Below are positions 12,901 through 22,539 of a stretch of 64,000 nt of DNA, in pieces. Numbering within the stretch: position 1 is the stretch's first letter; every line of letters begins with the position of its first letter. Origin of the DNA: Lama guanicoe (lineage: Eukaryota); contig MU053758.1 in assembly GCA_013239625.1 (NCBI GenBank), positions 2,977,854-3,041,853 on the forward strand, given 5' to 3'. The position numbers were made by a program, and so were the translations under genes. A model generated the notes under the pieces. The model did no database searches. It had not been told where the DNA came from and was given only the letters and a program-made list of their open reading frames with translations.

Positions 12901-15900
12901 TTTTGGGTAATTTAAAGCCAGTAGGAGTGAAGCTTAGATAATATAGGAAAAGTGGTACTGAGATGAGTTTGGAAATGGCAGGGTCTTGTAGGCCAAATTA
13001 AGGAATTTGGACTTAGATTTATGCAACCTAGCAGTTGTTTGGGGTCTTTTACTAAAACAGGAAATAGTATTGTTTTTTGGGAGTGAGGGAGTTACCTGCA
13101 CGGAGGTCAGTAAATATGGAGAACTAATTCAGTTTCAGATGTGTCTACTGGGAGCAACTTTAGGCATTCAATGCTCAGTAAGTAGTTAGATGGGCTAACT
13201 TCAGAAGTGATCTAAATTGGTGATACGTAATAGGTAAATACAGATGGCATACACATGGTAATCAAGGCCCTAGTAAGACTTGGTAAGAGTACGAGTTTTT
13301 TATTTCCTTTTCCGAGTGAGACGACATGTGGGAGGAATCTCTGTGCAGAGCTGAGAAGGGCAATGGAAAATAAAACAAAGTGATTCTAGTTTTTATTCCT
13401 TCTAAGTACTTACAGCTTTGATGAATTTTTCACTCAACTGGCATGTTGATCCAAAGCTCTTGACTTGTAAAGTCATGTTCTCTTTTGTCTGGGAGTCAAA
13501 GGTTGGGTTTTCAATTAAGGCATTCACAAAGATCCACATGTGATTTTTTACCTGCAGTATAAGTTGATAGTAAATCACTAAAAACTTACTCATGCTTTAT
13601 TTATAGCCTTTCTCTTCTTCCTTGACTTTAGCAGAAGAACACTAAAATATAATACCTGATGTGCTTTAACTGCAACACCACCTTTGTTCTTCTTCTTCAC
13701 AACATCAACAAGTTTAGTCACAATCTGATCAGCTACATAATCAACATGTCTGCCACCCTAATGAGGAAAAATACCAAACTGTAAATTCATTATCCTCAAA
13801 ATGATAATAATAAAACAAAAAAAATCTAATTTAGCTTCCTTTATGCCAAGGTAGCCAAATATTCAAGTTCATTTTATATATTAAAAACAGAACTTATATG
13901 TAAAGATAAATCATGGTTAATAACTAAAAAATAAAATTACCTTGGAAGTAGCAATGCTGTTGACAAAGCTAATTTGCTGAAAGCCTTTTTCACTCATTGT
14001 TAAACACACTTCCCACCTGTGGTTTACTTGTTCATGGATAATTTTCAATGGATTGCCAGTTTCATCTACCTTATCCTTCAAATACATATCTACATAGCTT
14101 CGGAATCCTTTTACCTATACAGGAATTAAAAATAATGGTATTAAAAATGTTTTCAAGTAAATTGAAAAGTAGACTACAAGAATTTTTCAAAACTAGAATG
14201 TGAAAATGAGTATATGTATGTGAATGTATGACTGAGACATTATGCTGTACACCAGAATTGACACGCTGTTTTAACTGATTATACTTCAATTAAAAAATTA
14301 AAATAAAAAAAATTTTTTTTCCAAAATTAATGAAATGGTGTTCACTGATGGGCACAAGACAATGGTTATTAAAGGTTATAAAAGAATTTATTTAGGAGAT
14401 TCTTTGAGAAAGACTTTAGTGAGCTTGAAATGAGCTAACTGAAAAAATGTGGTATACTGGCTTCTTTACAGAAACATATGTGAGAAGGGATAGGAAAAAT
14501 ATGGGAGGAAATAAAAATCAACTTTGTCTCTGACAATGATAAAAAAGACCCTCACTGCTGAACACCCAGGAAAATACTTACTGGAAGCTTACTTCCATTG
14601 AGAAAGACCTTGACATCTTTAGTAGATCCAGCAATATCATATGCTCTTCTAACCATCAGTGCAACAATATCTTTGTCTAGGCTTTGCATTTTAAACTTAG
14701 ACAAATCAGGGTGGAAGGTAATACATGTATAATCTTCTCCATTGAAGGGCTTGAGTTCCATCTCACCAGCTTTCCCCATGTTATTCATCCACGTCTATGG
14801 AAACAGAATGGAGGAGAGATAAATTCAAGTAATCTCACAAACTGGAACTAAATAACACAAATTTATAAGTCCTAAAACAAAACAAAACAAAACCCAAAAC
14901 ACCAGCCCTCCACCAAAATCCCTAACACATGTTTATGAATAATTCCCCATGATTTAAATAGCTTATAAATGACGTTAAATTAAACCAATATTGCCATTAT
15001 AAATTGCTATAGTACAATTTATAATCAAGGCACAAGACACTCATTTACTTGCCTGTTTGAACATTTTCTTGTATTCTCTACTGGCTGTTTCCACAGTAAA
15101 TTTGGTACTAAATATGTTACACAATTTGGCTCCATAGCCATTTCGACCACCTGGGCAAATAAATATAAAATACTATTTAATTGTTATTATCTCATTAACA
15201 GCTTTATTTCTTAATCATTGGCAGTGCTATTCAGTTTTAGAGATTTATTCCCATATTTTTAAACTTTGGGCCACAGTCATTTAAAAGATGTATTTTTTTC
15301 AGCAACAAATATCTTTATTTTCCTCAGGACTCTACCTGTTACTTTCTTTTCTTCATCATCATAGTTACTAGAAGTTAGGAGCTGTCCAAAGATGAGAGCT
15401 GGGACATACATCTTCTCGACTTTGTGTTCAACAACAGGAATACCTTTTCCATTATTCCATATACTAATTAAATTGTTTTCCCTAAGAAAAGATTGAAAAT
15501 TTTCTTTTTGTAAAATAGACGTTAAACAGGTGCTTAATATTTTTTATATTTAAATATTATTTCTAAAATACATGAATTCACAAGTTTCAATTTCTTTATA
15601 ATTCTTTTTCATATATACCTTCTGAAATTGAGCATGCTTACTTAGTTCCTGACACTCCTGAAATAGGAGCCAAGAGGAAAAAAAAATAGTCCTTTTCCAA
15701 CACCTGAGCAGACACTGATAATACTGAAAAAATATGAAACTTTAAAATGATAGGATAAACAAAGGGAAATGATTTATACCCAATGGAAAGAAAAGGACAA
15801 AATTTGGAAACAATATTATTATACTGCTTTTAAGAGGATCACCTTTATTGTCCCAGCTCCCTTAGATTTCCCACCTGACAAAGCATATTGCAAAACAAAT

Positions 15901-18314
15901 GTGAAAGGGCATTACCAATTGTAAATTTCCCTGCTAACCAATAAAATGCTAAAAATTTATTTGTACTTACTTATCTCTTAGTTATTTTAAGTTAATTCTC
16001 AAAATATATTTTAGTTATAACCACACTATGGTTCTTATTACAAATAGTACTTAGTATTAGCTACAAAAGAGACTAATTAAAAACTAGCTTAACATTTTTT
16101 TAAAGACTATGATATCAAGTCCTTAGGAGCATTTAAGTACATCACTAACACTTACATTTCCCCAAAAAAGCCTGAAGTATAGTTTATGTTATAACTGATC
16201 AGGCTAATAAAAAGGTGAAGCAACACCCTGACTACCCACAAAGGGACGTCTACAAGCAGAAATGTTAGATCAAATTATTCTGTATCACCACCTGCTGGTT
16301 TACTGTTTGAATAGCACCATGAGAAAAAGTTCAGACTCCAGAATACTTAGAGCAACTATTGGATGAAGTGTCATAATGTCTGTAATTTATTTTGAAATGA
16401 TTCAGAAAAAATAGAGATGGAGCAAATAAGGCAAAGTGTCGATAACTGCTGGATCTAGATTTTAGGTATTGTTCATTTTAGCATTCTACTTTTCTGCACT
16501 TTTGCAAACTTTTATTTAAAAAAAGCCAACTTTATTATAAATCAAAGTAAATGCAACTAACAGTAATAATGAGCTATAAAAAACTAAAGACTAAGCAAGA
16601 GACTTACGGGTCAATTGTGACTCTAATACAAGACATTTTTGGATCCCTTTGTTTGTTGTCTGCAGCATTGACTGAAAGAAAATAAAATACACATTTGTAA
16701 AAAAAATTGAAGTATTTTTAAAAACATTCTTTAACCCTAAGATATAGAAAGGAATATATCTCAAACAGCACAGGAGTAACATTAATGAGGTGTTAATTTA
16801 GTAATTTTTATTCATAGTCCTGTTTGTAGGAAAGAATTCAACTTCCTAGATTCCAGTAGACTGCTACACCACCCATCATTTGAAATTATAGTTCTGGCTA
16901 CAGAGTGTTTGTTAGGAATGATACTTCTTGGGAAGGATCTGAGCAGTAGATCATTATAATAAATTCACTTACCCAGAATCTCATCAAAGATCTTGTATAA
17001 ACCAGGAACAAAAGTGACTTCCCTATAGTTCATGCCAATATCTTCATCGTAAACCCACATTTGCTAGAAACAAGGTAAAGAAATATGGTTACTTTTACTA
17101 TATATTTATTCTACTTTATCATCATAATTACTAAAGTCTTCTAGATTAAGTACGACAATATGTATGATACCTTGGGTCAGTTCCAGCTACACACAAAATA
17201 CATGAACTATAGAAAACTAGCCTGGAAAAGTATACACCTTAACTACATAGTAATTGCATTTAATTAGCTTGATTTTACCTGGGTCACTGATTCCACAGAG
17301 CCAATGTAGGTGTCTGGGCGGAGCAAAATATGTTCCAATTGCGTTTTCTTTTGATAGATTCTCTCAATAGACAGTCTTTTCTTAGCATCTTCATTTTTCT
17401 TTGCTTTGTTGACTTGCATATTTTCGTTTACAGGCTAGCAATTTTTTAAAAATTGAAGAAAAGCGACTCTTAATCACAGGTTTATCAGAAATCATAAACA
17501 AAACACCTACCATGATGATCTGCTTAAGCACACTGTAACAAATCACAGCCTTCTAGCAGGCATCGGTGGAATTGACATCGTTTTTGTATCAACACGGCAA
17601 TTTAAGTTAACTGCAGCCAGGTTCCCGGTCAGTTCAAACAGACACTTTACCTTGCCAAGTGTATCCCGCATGGAAATACTTTTATGTATTAGATGCCAAC
17701 AGTAGAATTCACCCCCTTCTTTCATCTACGCCGCCCAAATTTACTGAGTGCCTCCTATGTCCCCAGCACATAACAGATTCTAGGGCGGCAGCCTCTAGGG
17801 AGGCAGCCTCTAGGGAGGCTATGGATTCCATCCTTTGGGCAGGTTAACGTTTTGAACACAGGAGGGACAGACTTTGAGCACCTCGGGCCTGCCGGCTGCA
17901 CAGTGGGAACCTTGGGCCTAACTCTGCACCTTCTAAGGTCAGGGAGGTTCAACCCCGTTTTCGGTCGGAGGGGAGGAGAGGAAAGCATCAGTCTGTGCTG
18001 CTTAAAGCCCCACGCGGACCATTACCACACAGATGGACCAATCGAATCTCTAGAAAGTGAAACGCAAGGCCACATCTAGAAGTCAGTTTAGCCGATAATA
18101 CTTCGCTATGTGCACCATAAAGGGGTTTCAGCCTCTTCACGCCGAGCCCAGGGAACCCAGGTCGACGCCGAATCCCGGCGTCGAGCCCGCGGCGGCCTCA
18201 CCACAGCCCAGGCCCCTCCCCCCTCTCACGGGCAGCCAGAGAGATGCCAGGCCGTGCCGAGGCTCCGCGACGCGTCCCTTCCGCGAGCTGTACCTGCAGT
18301 GGCGACACCTCCAT
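856..18314 (-). CDS. TOP2A: DNA topoisomerase II alpha, coding exons 1-29 (gene continues beyond left edge of window)
   Basis: Exons join in frame (3811 nt) from MEVSPLQ through the GHKL ATPase (GRNGYGAK), TOPRIM (TEGDSA, PLRGK, MTDQDQDGSH) and catalytic SASPRY (Tyr at codon 805) to KKQKREP. All introns are GT-AG except one GC-AG. Confidence 0.99.
1262..1444 (-). CDS. TOP2A: TOP2A exon 28 ([10 protein letters not shown]...KKKIK)
   Basis: AG/GT bounded, 183 nt. Confidence 0.95.
2304..2387 (-). CDS. TOP2A: TOP2A exon 27 (EQELETL...EELE)
   Basis: AG/GT bounded, 84 nt, contains [10 protein letters not shown]. Confidence 0.95.
2425..2513 (+). mobile_element. Short, 5'-truncated young L1 3' end with 14-bp TSD
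   Basis: ...gaatttgacacaacattgtaaa...tcaataaaaaa tail; TSD aaagagttaactta at 2411-2424 and 2514-2527. Confidence 0.8.
2626..2790 (-). CDS. TOP2A: TOP2A exon 26 ([10 protein letters not shown]...RNEK)
   Basis: AG/GT bounded, 165 nt, contains [13 protein letters not shown]. Confidence 0.96.
2893..2984 (-). CDS. TOP2A: TOP2A exon 25 (NKPKKELI...AQQK)
   Basis: AG/GT bounded, 92 nt. Confidence 0.95.
4289..4484 (-). CDS. TOP2A: TOP2A exon 24 (VLFDHVG...GKIII)
   Basis: AG/GT bounded, 196 nt. Confidence 0.96.
4658..4858 (-). CDS. TOP2A: TOP2A exon 23 (TYKEQVLE...CNSM)
   Basis: AG/GT bounded, 201 nt. Confidence 0.96.
4972..5106 (-). CDS. TOP2A: TOP2A exon 22 (LPSYKNFKG...TWTQ)
   Basis: AG/GT bounded, 135 nt. 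Confidence 0.96.
5305..5536 (-). CDS. TOP2A: TOP2A exon 21 (PLARLLFP...PLPM)
   Basis: AG/GT bounded, 232 nt, contains [10 protein letters not shown]. Confidence 0.97.
5660..6690 (+). mobile_element. Degenerate L2 (LINE2) fragments
   Basis: L2-like wording: tttattgagtact...gtgccaggcattg, acatttgagcaga, gagatttt/gacatccaagt motifs; boundaries and strand approximate. Confidence 0.5.
6794..7009 (-). mobile_element. MER20 hAT-Charlie DNA transposon, near full length
   Basis: cagggtttcttgacctcagcact...aaaaatgtctccagacactgccac...gggcaaaatc...gagagccac matches the recalled MER20 consensus; ~215 bp. Confidence 0.85.
7321..7469 (-). CDS. TOP2A: TOP2A exon 20 (MSLMMTII...[11 protein letters not shown]), catalytic tyrosine
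   Basis: 149 nt; TAC codon at 7338-7340 is codon 805 of the joined CDS. Confidence 0.97.
8030..8560 (-). mobile_element. Degenerate L1ME-like fragment in TOP2A intron 19
   Basis: Antisense L1 3' wording (gttgatggatattt...gtcaaaaggtaagcacatt...cttatactttcaccaac). Confidence 0.5.
8621..8742 (-). CDS. TOP2A: TOP2A exon 19 ([10 protein letters not shown]...YHHGE)
   Basis: AG/GT bounded, 122 nt; donor GAG|gtaaac. Confidence 0.96.
8846..8960 (-). CDS. TOP2A: TOP2A exon 18 (DYLYG...PSMVD)
   Basis: AG/GT bounded, 115 nt. Confidence 0.96.
9394..9486 (-). CDS. TOP2A: TOP2A exon 17 ([14 protein letters not shown]...GLPE)
   Basis: AG/GT bounded, 93 nt. Confidence 0.96.
9740..9849 (-). CDS. TOP2A: TOP2A exon 16 (LGTSTSKEA...AISL)
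   Basis: AG/GT bounded, 110 nt. Confidence 0.96.
9939..10044 (-). CDS. TOP2A: TOP2A exon 15 (VSKNKQE...KYYK)
   Basis: AG/GT bounded, 106 nt. Confidence 0.96.
10189..10299 (-). CDS. TOP2A: TOP2A exon 14 (DQDGSHIKG...PIVK)
   Basis: AG/GT bounded, 111 nt. Confidence 0.96.
10618..10743 (-). CDS. TOP2A: TOP2A exon 13 (IMENAEI...MTDQ)
   Basis: AG/GT bounded, 126 nt. Confidence 0.96.
11050..11207 (-). CDS. TOP2A: TOP2A exon 12 ([17 protein letters not shown]...SHKQ)
   Basis: AG/GT bounded, 158 nt, TOPRIM motifs EGDSA and PLRGK. Confidence 0.97.
11458..11950 (+). mobile_element. Solo LTR, MER34/MER39-like (ERV1 group)
   Basis: TG...CA ends (tgatggggtttagaacatgctaccccaaa ... ttttcctcctctaca), internal AATAAA near 11847, imperfect 4-bp TSD ttgg/ttag. 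Confidence 0.75.
12212..12350 (-). CDS. TOP2A: TOP2A exon 11 (ATGCGIVES...DDANDA)
   Basis: AG/GT bounded, 139 nt. Confidence 0.96.
12530..13350 (+). mobile_element. Degenerate L2 fragment
   Basis: ttcattcact...aatatttac...ccaggcactgagcta...gacatggtc...ctcatga L2 3'-like wording; boundaries and strand approximate. Confidence 0.5.
13414..13551 (-). CDS. TOP2A: TOP2A exon 10 (VKNHMWIF...FIKA)
   Basis: AG/GT bounded, 138 nt, contains [10 protein letters not shown]. Confidence 0.96.
13656..13757 (-). CDS. TOP2A: TOP2A exon 9 (GGRHVDY...KAHQ)
   Basis: AG/GT bounded, 102 nt. Confidence 0.96.
13941..14114 (-). CDS. TOP2A: TOP2A exon 8 (VKGFRSYVD...IATSK)
   Basis: AG/GT bounded, 174 nt. Confidence 0.96.
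14195..14312 (+). mobile_element. Short L1 3' end (same family as 2425-2513 and 22345-22539)
   Basis: tatgactgagacattatgctgtacaccagaattgacac...acttcaattaaaaaa tail. Confidence 0.75.
14582..14794 (-). CDS. TOP2A: TOP2A exon 7 (TWMNNMG...SKLP)
   Basis: AG/GT bounded, 213 nt. Confidence 0.96.
15053..15150 (-). CDS. TOP2A: TOP2A exon 6 (GRNGYGAKL...MFKQ), GC donor
   Basis: 98 nt; donor AAACAG|gcaagt keeps frame with exon 7. Confidence 0.94.
15336..15481 (-). CDS. TOP2A: TOP2A exon 5 ([15 protein letters not shown]...KKVT)
   Basis: AG/GT bounded, 146 nt. Confidence 0.96.
16608..16671 (-). CDS. TOP2A: TOP2A exon 4 (NAADNKQRD...TID)
   Basis: AG/GT bounded, 64 nt. Confidence 0.95.
16973..17063 (-). 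CDS. TOP2A: TOP2A exon 3 (QMWVYDED...FDEIL)
   Basis: AG/GT bounded, 91 nt. Confidence 0.96.
17279..17434 (-). CDS. TOP2A: TOP2A exon 2 (PVNENMQ...SVTQ)
   Basis: AG/GT bounded, 156 nt, contains [12 protein letters not shown]. Confidence 0.96.
17779..17819. repeat. 15-bp tandem repeat (tctagggNggcagcc) x2.7 in TOP2A intron 1
   Basis: Directly visible. Confidence 0.85.
18294..18314 (-). CDS. TOP2A: TOP2A exon 1 CDS (MEVSPLQ)
   Basis: ACC-ATG-G Kozak context; CAG|gtacag donor; 21 nt. Confidence 0.95.
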
Positions 18315-18409
18315 GGTGACGGTCGTGAAGGGGCTCGAGAACCCTTCAAGCGACTAAACCGGCGGGACCCTCGAAACAAACGCGGAGCAAGCCGCTTCTC
18401 CACAGACGC

Positions 18410-18675
18410 TCGTCAGTTAGGAGAGCGCTTCCACTACGGTTTGAACCTTCGGCTAGCCCGCCCAAAGCAGATAAGCCAATCTCTGACGCGCTCTCCCGGG
18501 GTTTGGTCTCGATAAACCAATCAGAGCCTGGCTCTGATATTCACCACTGAGCGGCTGAGTTGGCCGGGGCCTGTTCGAACGAACCAATTAGGTAAGGGGG
18601 CGGGACCAGAGTGGTTTCAAAAAGCACCACTCGGAATCGTAGCGGAGAGACCGACAGGGAATCTAGCCAATGAAG
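18410..18675 (-). promoter_or_regulatory. TOP2A: TOP2A TATA-less G2/M promoter in a CpG island: inverted CCAAT boxes, GC boxes, CHR-like and MYB-like sites
   Basis: CCAAT on + strand (ATTGG on the gene strand) at 18476, 18517, 18584 and 18667. GC boxes at 18457-18463 and 18597-18604. TTTGAA at 18440-18445. TAACTG (gene strand) at 18414-18419. This matches the known ICB/NF-Y architecture of TOP2A promoters. Confidence 0.85.
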
Positions 18676-20043
18676 AGGGCTGGTTTGTTCTCTCTGCGTA
18701 ACTCTGAAGAGACGTGCTGTGGAAGTGGGAAGGGGTTTTCTGAGGTGCAGGCTGCGGTAAAAAGAGAAAGGAGAGGATATCTGTACCACAGGAGCTGCTA
18801 ACTTATTTCAGATCCCTGAAACCTAAAAACCATCCTCCATCCTGAGATTTGTTTGTTTGTTTGTTTTTGTGTTTGTTTTTGTTTTTTAGCGAGAGGAACG
18901 GGAGTCCCGGTCAGGCAGCCTAGCGATTTAATTCAGTTCAGCGAACTGGCTCTGGCGTCTGCCCCGTCCGCTTCTTCCCGCCATCCCCCTGTCCTGAATT
19001 TACTTTTTAAAAAACAAAAGCGCTACATATGTGGTTTGGGATTTTCGTGTAATAGAAAGGCAAGGAGAGCCCACGCAAAAGAGAGCGCAGCGTTCAAGGC
19101 CCCTGGAAGAGCTGCGCGGAGCTGCATCTGGTCAAAGGGAGTAATTTGTAGTTATCTCCTCAGGAGCTGAGCGGCCATTCTAGGGCGACAGCGTTTTCCT
19201 CAGACGGCCAGCAGGATGCACTCGTACTTATTACTTTTGCTCTCTGTGTTAAGTTCCCTGAGCTCTGCAGCCCAGATTGGATAAGGAAATGCTGAAGACC
19301 CAAGTGTTTATTACTCTGAAGTCTAAATGTTTGAGTGGGTTTCTTCTGTCCTCCTCAATCCACAATATTAAAATGACCCCAAAATGTCGTTGCCCTTACA
19401 AGCTGCTAGAAAAAAATAAATAACTGCACAATTGGACTACCAATTCCATCGGAACCACCTCCTTCTAATCATTATTTCGGGTTTCAGTCCCGACTCGGCA
19501 GTTTGCCAGTCGTGTGGTCTTGATGGAGACAGCTTCTCGGGTGCTTTTGTTTCCTCTGCTCAAAAGGAATAACAATAACAGTATTCCCTCAGTGGTGTGA
19601 GAGGATTACAGCACATAAACAGAAAGCAGTTAAAATGGTAAGCTCACAGCATCAGAATCAGGAAGCAGGGATTTTCCTTAGGATGGCATGACAATTTGTG
19701 TTTTTAATCTTTTTTTCTTCGAAAGGAAATCAGGTCAGCCAGTTGTTAAATTGCCTCAGCATAACCAATGCTCGCTCTGCTGGCAAAGCCCCAGGGAGGG
19801 CCAGTGAGGAGAGGATGTGTTGTGACAGGAAGTCAGGAATGGAAGTGGCCCATGAGCCCATGAGGGTAATTGGGAAAGCCAAAGGAATGGAGCTTTGGTA
19901 TTGCTCTGGTCCCTGTCCTCTGGTCTCCTGGCCTCCACTAATTTTTGAGTGTTTTCAACACCACTCTGCTCACCACGTGTGTTGATACAGAAAGGCAACC
20001 TCAATACATAGGACCACTAGGGTCTCAGAGCAGTTGTAGGGAA

Positions 20044-20089
20044 GCCCATCCAGTAGCTTCTGCCCACCCAGTAGCTTCTGCCCACCCAG
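20044..20089. repeat. 18-bp tandem repeat (gcccaYccagtagcttct) x2.5
   Basis: Directly visible. Confidence 0.85.
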
Positions 20090-20974
20090 AAGGCTGACCA
20101 GGCCATGGGCTCCAGGGCCAGCCTGTCATACTCTGCAGCTTCCCCAAGACAGAGGATGACCCTCACAGTAAGAGACCAGCCATGCTGTCTTCTACCTTCT
20201 GGAACACAGAGGCCCCAGGTAGAAGGGGTGGGTGGACATCCTTCTGCAAAGATGGCAGTCCATTCTCTGCCTCTCTTGGCCTCCACTCTAGAGCTCAGAG
20301 AGGCTTGCAGTTCCCTACAAGACCCACCTGGGGATGAGGCTAGGAATTTCATAAGCAGTTCCACCCCTATTTTCTGGTACCCAGCTTTTAAATTACCCCC
20401 ACAGTTTAGCCTGATCATGACTGTGTGGGTCTTTGTTCCAAAGGCCCTGAAGCAGAACTGTGGAGTCCAAAGGACTTTGGAGTCACCCATGCCTGAGTCA
20501 GAAATCTCCCTGAGCTTCAGTTTCTCCCTCTCATTATTCTTTATTGATGGTACAGAGGGCTAAATGAGATATGGAAGCACCTAAGACAATCTTCCAGTCC
20601 TCCAGCACAGGATGGTCTTGTGGTGGGTGGGGCAGTGGGGGTGACTTCCCTTCTGGATGCAAGCTCTTTCTCTTTTGGCCCCTCCTCCTTTCCAGAGCTT
20701 ATCACTGACAGTCCTGCAAGACTTGGGGGAAAGAAGGAAGTCTGGGCTGTGTGGGCCTGGGAGGCATTGTCCACAGAGAGAGTTCCAGGTGCTTGCCAGC
20801 CTCTAGTCCTAGGAGGCTAAACGGGATTGGGAGTCAGTTCCAAGGAGAAAGGGGGCTACCTTCATCCTCCTTATCCTCCCCCACCCTCACCTTCCCCCAA
20901 CTTTGCAGGGCCCCAGACTAGATACTCTGTGCCTTACCCCCATCTCTACCCTCACCTGTCGGGGCCAAGTTGAG

Positions 20975-21165
20975 TACTACAGTCAGACTCCTGATTTGCT
21001 GTGTGTATGACTTTGGGCAAGCCACTCAGTCTCACTGTGCCTCCCCATTTCTTCATCTAAAATGGAGATCATGAGAGTCCCTCCACTTAGGGTGAGATAA
21101 CGTTTGTAGTGTTTAGTGCATTGCTTGGCAAACAGTAAGTGCTCAAAACACGTTAGCAGTTATTA
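20975..21165 (+). mobile_element. MIR SINE
   Basis: gactttgggcaagccactc...tgcctc...catctaaaatggagat...agtaagtgctcaa MIR core. Confidence 0.7.
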
Positions 21166-21977
21166 CCTCTACTTCTTTTCAAGACCTTTCTCCCCTTCCT
21201 GGTCAGTATTCCAGGTCCATTCTTCCAAAACCAATTGAAAATTCCCCTTTTCCAGGGAATCTCTCAGGATTCTTCTCAGACCATCTTTTTAAATTGAGGC
21301 TCCCTAAGACCTTAGGAGTATATTTGCATATGCAGATGAGTTCCTTTCATAAGTACTTCTTCTGGGTGTTGTGCATTTCCTGTCTCTCCACTCAGTAGCA
21401 GGGGGAGGGGGCTCCATCCTCCAACTGGGAGCTCCCCTCAAAAGGGCAGTGTTTCTTCCCTCTGGTGGGCTGACTGAGCGAAGCCAGCTGGGCTGAAAGT
21501 GTGGTTCTGGGTTTGGGGGATGGAGCTGGCTAGGCTGGAGCCCACTGGGCATTCCTGAATGAGTCTGGGCCAGCACCTAGGGCTGGGCTAACAGGCCCTG
21601 TTTACTGGGAGGTTAACAACTGGCAGGGTCTGATCAATTCTTTTGACCAGGGATTTGGGTTGGAGGGGGCCAGGAAAGCCCCAAATGTCCCACACAGCTC
21701 TGCCTCTCCCTGCTGGTGGCACTGCAGGTCTGCTCTTTGACTTTTAGCAGTCCCAGGAAAAGGGACATTGAGGGCCACCAGACAGAGCTAGGAGGAGAGG
21801 AAGGGAGGTCCCAGCCGGAAGAAGTTCAGAACTAGAGATTCGTCCTCAAGTCCATTCAGCGGTTTCCCTCAGCAGTCTGAAAGTCCAGTATCTATCAAAA
21901 GTTTTAAAGTATGCACACCTTTTGACTTAGCAATTTAACTTCTAGGAATACTGATATACTCCCACAAGTGTGCAAGG

Positions 21978-21978
<1 letters not shown>

Positions 21979-22027
<49 letters not shown>
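21979..22027. repeat. (TG)n microsatellite, ~24 units
   Basis: Directly visible. Confidence 0.95.
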
Positions 22028-22030
<3 letters not shown>

Positions 22031-22049
22031 GCAATATTTATTTACTGCA

Positions 22050-22225
22050 ATATTTTTTAAATGATTTTTTAAAAGCAGTCTAGTTTTACTTATTTATGGG
22101 GGGAGTGTGGGTAAGTAATTACACTTATTTGTTTATTTATTTAATGGAGGTACTGGGGATTGAACCCAGGACCTTATGCATGCTAGGCATGTAGAACTCT
22201 ACCACTGAGCTATATACCCTCTCCC
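22050..22225 (-). mobile_element. tRNA-derived SINE, camelid Vic-1-like
   Basis: Reverse complement reads gggagagggtatatagctcagtggtagag...gtcctgggttcaatccccagtacctcca (A and B boxes) followed by an AT-rich tail. Confidence 0.8.
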
Positions 22226-22344
22226 ACAAAATTGTTGTTGAGATAAGATGACATGCAGCTGTTTAAGAGAATGAGGTTGGTCTAGAAGTACTGATATGGA
22301 AATATCACTTAAGATATATTGTTAAGTTTTAAAAAGTGAGGTGA

Positions 22345-22539
22345 TATAAAATAGATAAACAACAAGTTTATACTGTATGGCACAGGGAACTATATTCAAT
22401 ATCTTTTAGTAACTTATGGTGAAAAAGAATACGAAAACGAATATATGTATGCTCATATATGACTGAAGCATTATGCTGTACACGAGAAATTGACACAACA
22501 TTGTAAACCAACTACACTTCAATAAAAAATATGTACAAA
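22345..22539 (+). mobile_element. Young L1 3' end with 14-bp TSD
   Basis: TSD aaaaagtgaggtga at 22331-22344 and 22540-22553; ...gacacaacattgtaaaccaactacacttcaataaaaaa tail. Confidence 0.85.

Noticed and set aside
18108..18515. 135-aa + strand ORF across TOP2A exon 1
   Set aside because: CpG-island artefact antisense to TOP2A; no domain signature.
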